Positions 59,203 through 64,000 of a stretch of 64,000 nt of DNA are shown piece by piece. A program made the position numbers and the translations under genes. The notes under the pieces are model-generated. The model was not told where the DNA came from and searched no databases. It worked only from the letters and a program-made list of their open reading frames with translations. The stretch comes from Cenarchaeum sp. (lineage in GTDB: Archaea > Thermoproteota > Nitrososphaeria > Nitrososphaerales > Nitrosopumilaceae). The stretch covers positions 576,001-640,000 of the forward strand of contig OZ243037.1 of the NCBI GenBank assembly GCA_965212015.1, given 5' to 3'. Positions within the stretch are counted from its first letter, which is position 1; every line of letters begins with the position of its first letter.

Positions 59203-59261
59203 CCGTATTCACATGAGCCTAAGGTTCACCATCACGGATGGCCCAAAGGATTCGAATACGG
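59203..59261 (-). ncRNA. putative structured RNA, copy C, convergent to DUF3800-like gene
   Basis: CCGUAUUC-GAAUCCUUUGGG-CCAUCcguGAUGG-UGAACCUUAGGCUCAUGU-GAAUACGG, 6 nt after the stop codon. Confidence 0.72.
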
Positions 59262-59285
59262 CCTACTAGTAGTATACTATAGTCA

Positions 59286-59303
59286 TATAATAACTTTGTT
59301 GGC
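59286..59303 (-). promoter_or_regulatory. putative BRE/TATA for RNA copy C
   Basis: ccaacaaagTTATTATA, 24 nt upstream of closing stem, same spacing as copy B. Confidence 0.55.
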
Positions 59304-59380
59304 TATTTTACGTATGATTGCTGATTTCTAGCAATCAAGATCCGTTAGACCTATAAAATCGTAAATATATAGAAAAATCA

Positions 59381-59548
59381 ATGCGAGAGAAGATCGGCGA
59401 GAGGCCATACGAGGTCACGAAAAACGGCAGCATGTACACCATCAAATTCTATCCGATGATTAAAAACGCCAAAAAGCCAGATAAGGTATTGTTCTGCCTT
59501 ACTGTCTCAAAGAAAGAATTTGACCAGTTAGCTGCAAAGATAAAATGA
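59381..59548 (+). CDS. small basic hypothetical protein (55 aa)
   Basis: Manual translation MREKIGERPYEVTKNGSMYTIKFYPM...LAAKIK*. Confidence 0.6.
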   Translation: MREKIGERPYEVTKNGSMYTIKFYPMIKNAKKPDKVLFCLTVSKKEFDQLAAKIK

Positions 59549-59556
59549 CCCCATAA

Positions 59557-61242
59557 TCACAGGCTACAATCCAACAATCTACGATCCAAATATGTTGGAT
59601 TTAACTGCTGTTTTGGTTTTGATATCTTTTGATATTGTAAGTGAGCTCTGCATTGTTCACTAACATCTTTTCTTGTAATAAAAACACAATAATTCGCACC
59701 TATAGCAAAGTATTTCCGATCAAACATTTTGTGATGTATGGAACAAAGACATATTCCATTATCAATTTCCCCCATAGCTTCAAGTGTTTTTACTGGAATG
59801 ATGTGTGCAGCTTCTAATAGATCTTCATCAGAAAGTCCACATAATGCACATTTGCTATCAAAATTGCACAATACACGTTTCCGGAATTTTTCTTGTCCAA
59901 TCCGTATTTTTTGTGGCATTATTTTGTGTGTCATATTAATATCCTCAATTCTTTCAAAATTATTCAAATTTCGTATAGTGTTTCCAATATTGCCAAATTT
60001 TTCTAGTATATTTCTCTTCTTTTTTGAATCTATTTTTTCTGCCAATAATTGTGATTTTTCCGTATCAGAAAATAAACGAATTGATTCATCAAATTTTATG
60101 TTAATTTTTTCAATTTTAGTCAAAAAAAGTATGGTATCTATATTTGAATATTTGGTATTCCATAGATTATTTGTAATTTTTTTATTTTGTGTTTTTGCAA
60201 GTATTTTTGTTGATGCATGAAATTGCTTATCATTAAAATAAAGTATAGTATCACCTTCTTCAATATCTTTTAATAAATTATTATATTCTTCATATATGCC
60301 AAATATACCGATATGGGATCGTTTCCTAATGTTTACAGGCACATTGTGTTTTTCAAGTGTTTGGATTGAAATTGGTTTTTTTACTGTCTTTTCAAACATT
60401 TCTGATATATGTTTTGGATTTGTTGATATAAGAATGAGTGATTTGTCTTGTCCTGTTCTTATGTTTTTACAGTAATCGGCAAGTGCATTCGTCTGAAGAT
60501 TTGATGGAATCAATTCATTAAGATATTTGATTAATGTCTGTTCAATATTGCTAGAGATCTTGATGTTTTGTTCATTCAAAAATGGCAAGATATCTGCGTC
60601 TGGATTGGCCTCTTCCATGTATCTAGCCCATCTCAATATTGGAACGGGGCGTAACAAGTCATAATTTTCATTGAGAAATTTCATTGCATGTGGTTTTATC
60701 GTAATTGTATATTCGTCATTGTTGTAATCGTAGAACATTCTGTCTAGTCGTGAACGTGAACCTAATCGTTTGATTTTCTGGAATTTAGGAACAACTTGAG
60801 ATCTTTTTTTGATAAAATTACCAAATACATCCTCTTTTATCTTTTGTATTGCATCATATGTTTTCTCCGGTGGCAGTTTATGATAATCACCAGGATGATT
60901 TTCTCCAAATACATCCTGTATGTTGTATGTTGCATAGACTTTGAATCTTGTATGTTTGTCCTGTTTGAGACGATGGTCATATACTAACGGAAAGTAATAC
61001 TCGAAGAATTTTTTCGCGATTTCCTTATATTGTATTATTTTTCCCTGCTGGAGTTCGATCATCATCTGAATTTCTTCATTTGGAATTTTTTTGGCATATT
61101 CGAGAAGAAATCGTGCTAGCGCAAATTTGTATGTGGTATTATAATGACTGCATGTCGACATGTGTATGAATCCATGCAGAAGCTCTTCTTCATGTGCTGT
61201 AACATGTTTGTGGCGAATTTGTAATTGTAACGTATTATCCAT
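59557..61242 (-). CDS. multidomain HNH endonuclease
   Basis: C-terminal R.GQ..FR..V......CALCG.....LEAAHIIP...NGICLCSIHHKMFD; N-terminal TTYKFALARFL domain. Confidence 0.82.
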   Translation of the reverse strand: MDNTLQLQIRHKHVTAHEEELLHGFIHMSTCSHYNTTYKFALARFLLEYAKKIPNEEIQMMIELQQGKIIQYKEIAKKFFEYYFPLVYDHRLKQDKHTRFKVYATYNIQDVFGENHPGDYHKLPPEKTYDAIQKIKEDVFGNFIKKRSQVVPKFQKIKRLGSRSRLDRMFYDYNNDEYTITIKPHAMKFLNENYDLLRPVPILRWARYMEEANPDADILPFLNEQNIKISSNIEQTLIKYLNELIPSNLQTNALADYCKNIRTGQDKSLILISTNPKHISEMFEKTVKKPISIQTLEKHNVPVNIRKRSHIGIFGIYEEYNNLLKDIEEGDTILYFNDKQFHASTKILAKTQNKKITNNLWNTKYSNIDTILFLTKIEKINIKFDESIRLFSDTEKSQLLAEKIDSKKKRNILEKFGNIGNTIRNLNNFERIEDINMTHKIMPQKIRIGQEKFRKRVLCNFDSKCALCGLSDEDLLEAAHIIPVKTLEAMGEIDNGICLCSIHHKMFDRKYFAIGANYCVFITRKDVSEQCRAHLQYQKISKPKQQLNPTYLDRRLLDCSL

Positions 61243-61370
61243 GCCTTTTATATATGGGAAATCCTTATAGGTTTTTCAGAAAAATTATTTATAGGAGGAC
61301 GTTATTTCAACCCAAAGTGTATTTTTGGCTCAAATACTTTCTTATATAGCAGTAAAATTATTAATTATCG

Positions 61371-62207
61371 ATGAGACATGTTTGCGGTATTTCAGGAGGA
61401 AAGGATTCTAGCGCCCTTGCAGTATATATGCGGGATAAAATACCGGATATGGAATATTTTTTTTGTGATACAGGTGCCGAGCTGCCAGAGACCTATGCAT
61501 ATCTTGCCAAGCTTGAAGTCGTACTTGGTAAGAAAATTGTAAAGCTAAATTCAACTAGAAGTTTTGATCACTATTTTGAAGTATTTCGTGGTACGTTACC
61601 ATCACCACAGATGAGATGGTGTACCAGTATGCTCAAAATAAAGCCACTTGAAGATTGGATAGGTGAAGCTGATGTAATTTCATACGTTGCCATTCGTGCA
61701 GATGAAAAGAGTCGAACAGGTTATGTATCTACAAAACCCAACATCAAGACAATATTTCCATTCATTGATGACGATATTGATCATACCGGTGTTGTAAAAA
61801 TATTGGAAGATGCTGGGATTAATCTACCAGAATATTACAAATGGAGAACACGTTCTGGTTGTTACTTCTGTTTTTTTCAACGAAAAGCAGAATGGGTTGG
61901 TCTTGCGGATAATCATCCGGATTTATTCAAACGAGCTGTTGCGATTGAGCAAAAGATACTAAAAGATGCAGGTGTTGCAGGTGATGCAAATTTTAAATCA
62001 AGTGGTATGAAAGGGAGGCAATATACCTGGTCTCAAGGTGAAACATTAACTGAATTGTTAGAGCGACGTGATGAAATAATGGAACGGCATAAAGATAGTC
62101 TCAAAAAGGCAAAATCAAAAAAGAAAAATTTACCACTAGTGGATGTCTTGGCGGATGCTCTTGATGATGAAGATGAATCTACACCCTGTACAGTTTGCCA
62201 TCTTTAA
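61371..62207 (+). CDS. sspD: PAPS-reductase-family protein (SspD-like)
   Basis: SGGKDS, DTG.ELPETY, RWCT..LKI.P, IRADE, RSGCYFCFFQ. Confidence 0.85.
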   Translation: MRHVCGISGGKDSSALAVYMRDKIPDMEYFFCDTGAELPETYAYLAKLEVVLGKKIVKLNSTRSFDHYFEVFRGTLPSPQMRWCTSMLKIKPLEDWIGEADVISYVAIRADEKSRTGYVSTKPNIKTIFPFIDDDIDHTGVVKILEDAGINLPEYYKWRTRSGCYFCFFQRKAEWVGLADNHPDLFKRAVAIEQKILKDAGVAGDANFKSSGMKGRQYTWSQGETLTELLERRDEIMERHKDSLKKAKSKKKNLPLVDVLADALDDEDESTPCTVCHL

Positions 62208-62339
62208 GCATCATGTATCACTACGAAATTCATGATTTTTCTATGTAGGTGCCGATTTTGCCAGTTTTATAGCTAAATTCGATTAATTTACCTCGAAATT
62301 TCCCAAATCTATTTAAATTCGATTCTAATTACCACAACG

Positions 62340-64000
62340 ATGGCTAAAAATTACGATATTGAAAAGGGATTCTTAGGCAGCATATTTAATGGAGAAATTC
62401 ACTATATGATCCCCGACTATCAAAGACCATACGAGTGGAAAGGTGAACGCGTTGAAGAGCTTTGGAATGATGTGGTCGCAGTCTACGTACATGATACTAG
62501 TGCTAAAAGCGAAGAGTATTTGTTGGGACCGATAGTTGTCGCTAATTTACCGGATGACAAACAGTGGATCGTTGATGGACAACAACGTTTAGTTACTTTT
62601 ACATTGTTATTTTGTGCTATTCGTGAATTTTTATATGACATTAACTTCAATAACAATAAAAAAAATTCAAAGGAAGATAAACAATATATTCAAAAATTGA
62701 TTGAAGACATTGATAATTTTATAAATATAAAAAATGAAGTAGTGATTACTCTGAATGATAATGCTAATGAAATTTTTGAACGTATACAAAAAAATAAAAT
62801 TAATCATCAAGATTTAATAAAAGAACGTAGAGCATCAAAACATCCATCCACTAGATTGCTAATAGATAATTATATGATCCTAAAGACTGAAGTTGAAATC
62901 TTATGTAAAAAATGTAAATTAAATTCAACAGGAGTAGAATTAATAAATGCGATAGCTAAATTAGATAGAATAATTGAAGATATAAAAAAGAAAAATTTAT
63001 TTGTGCATATAACCATATATAATACAGATTATACATACGAAGTATTCCAATCATTAAATTCTAAAGGTCAACCATTGACTCAGGCTGATTTAATTAAAAG
63101 TTATTTATTAAAACAAACTAATAAAAATAATGATATTAAAAACAAATGGGAAAAAATCACTGAAAATCGTAAACCAAAAGAAGTTGATCAATTTTTATAT
63201 GAATCATTATTATCAAGATCGACTGATACAAAAGACATTATAAAAAGAAAATTATCCAAAACTATAAAAAAGAAATATAAAAATAAAGAAGATATTGATC
63301 AATATCTAAAAGAATTACTAGAAGACAATGAGATTATTAATTGGTTGGATAATCCAAAAAATTTGCCAGATGTCACACCACAAAGAATCAAACATGCGTT
63401 TTATGGAATGGAACAAATAAAAGCGGTATATATTAGAAGGCCAATAATTGCAGCGTGTAGAAAATGGGAAATAAAAAATCACAAAACACAAAAATTAGCG
63501 GATTGTCTTGTCAAATTCTTTTTTATGTATAGAACAATTGGTTTGAATGATATAGATAAACTCAAGAGAATATCAACAAAAATCACTAGTCAAATCATAG
63601 CTGATGATAAATTAGAATTTATTTTCTGGACGATACTAAAAGATGAAAACAAACACATCACCAATAATGTAAATAAAGAAGAATTTTTGACAAAATTTGA
63701 AGATGAAATTTTTAATCTTAAAGACGATGTAGCAAAATATATATTAATTTCATTAGAACATGAATGTAATAAACCTGGAGGAATAGAAACCAACATTGTA
63801 GGCAGTAATCTTGAGTTAGAACATATTTTTCCTCAAAAACCTAAAGATGATTGTCCAGAATCAATTAATTTATCCAATCATCTAAATAGATTAGGTAATT
63901 TGACATTATTACCTTCAGGTTGGAATAAAATATTGTTAAATCAATGTTTTAAAGATAAAAGAAATGGTGTTGCAGCTAAAAATAAACGATCATGGGAAAA
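62340..64000 (+). CDS. sspE: DUF262 + DUF1524 (GmrSD/SspE-like) protein, partial
   Basis: Manual translation: IPDYQRPYEW, VDGQQRL, FQSLNSKG..L, LEHIFPQ, RLGNLTLL...N; runs off window end. Confidence 0.8.
   Translation, partial: MAKNYDIEKGFLGSIFNGEIHYMIPDYQRPYEWKGERVEELWNDVVAVYVHDTSAKSEEYLLGPIVVANLPDDKQWIVDGQQRLVTFTLLFCAIREFLYDINFNNNKKNSKEDKQYIQKLIEDIDNFINIKNEVVITLNDNANEIFERIQKNKINHQDLIKERRASKHPSTRLLIDNYMILKTEVEILCKKCKLNSTGVELINAIAKLDRIIEDIKKKNLFVHITIYNTDYTYEVFQSLNSKGQPLTQADLIKSYLLKQTNKNNDIKNKWEKITENRKPKEVDQFLYESLLSRSTDTKDIIKRKLSKTIKKKYKNKEDIDQYLKELLEDNEIINWLDNPKNLPDVTPQRIKHAFYGMEQIKAVYIRRPIIAACRKWEIKNHKTQKLADCLVKFFFMYRTIGLNDIDKLKRISTKITSQIIADDKLEFIFWTILKDENKHITNNVNKEEFLTKFEDEIFNLKDDVAKYILISLEHECNKPGGIETNIVGSNLELEHIFPQKPKDDCPESINLSNHLNRLGNLTLLPSGWNKILLNQCFKDKRNGVAAKNKRSWE

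Noticed and set aside
59245-59258. TTCGAATCC as a tRNA fragment/attR
   Set aside because: Flanks do not match any tRNA in the window and the motif is part of the repeated RNA element; copy A lacks the TTCGAA
53160-62207. BREX type 4 or Dnd assignment
   Set aside because: No pglZ/brxL or dndD/dndE in the window; separate DUF4007 and PAPS-reductase genes plus desulfurase and DUF262 fit Ssp better

Overview
Archaeal chromosome segment, most consistent with a relatively high-GC Nitrososphaerota (Thaumarchaeota, Nitrosopumilaceae-like) ammonia oxidiser. The core carries purP, ahbAB, a LysW-dependent lysine/arginine cluster with two LysW/LysX pairs, a sulfonate/nitrate-type ABC transporter, the 11-subunit nuoABCDHIJKMLN operon, acetyl/propionyl-CoA carboxylase (carboxyltransferase frameshifted), a hemA paralog, rfcL and three tRNAs (Ile-CAU, Glu-UUC with a T-loop intron, Lys-UUU). 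Two lower-GC defence islands abut tRNA 3' ends. Island 1 (~20.3-29.4 kb) holds a DUF4011 helicase-nuclease, an IS630 inside ywbE, an HNH-HIT fusion, a duplicated GNAT toxin-antitoxin module and an orphan 3-repeat CRISPR mini-array. Island 2 (53.1 kb to the window end) holds an SspABCD-SspE-like phosphorothioation cluster interrupted by a DUF3800-like gene and an HNH nuclease. The most notable signal is a ~60-75 nt multi-stem RNA-like element in three diverged, covarying copies, each with an identically spaced archaeal TATA box on the minus strand. One copy lies convergent to the DUF3800-like gene and two are orphans in the other island, suggesting a protein-ncRNA (type III toxin-antitoxin-like or RNP) defence module. 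All family assignments come from motif recognition by eye, not from database searches.
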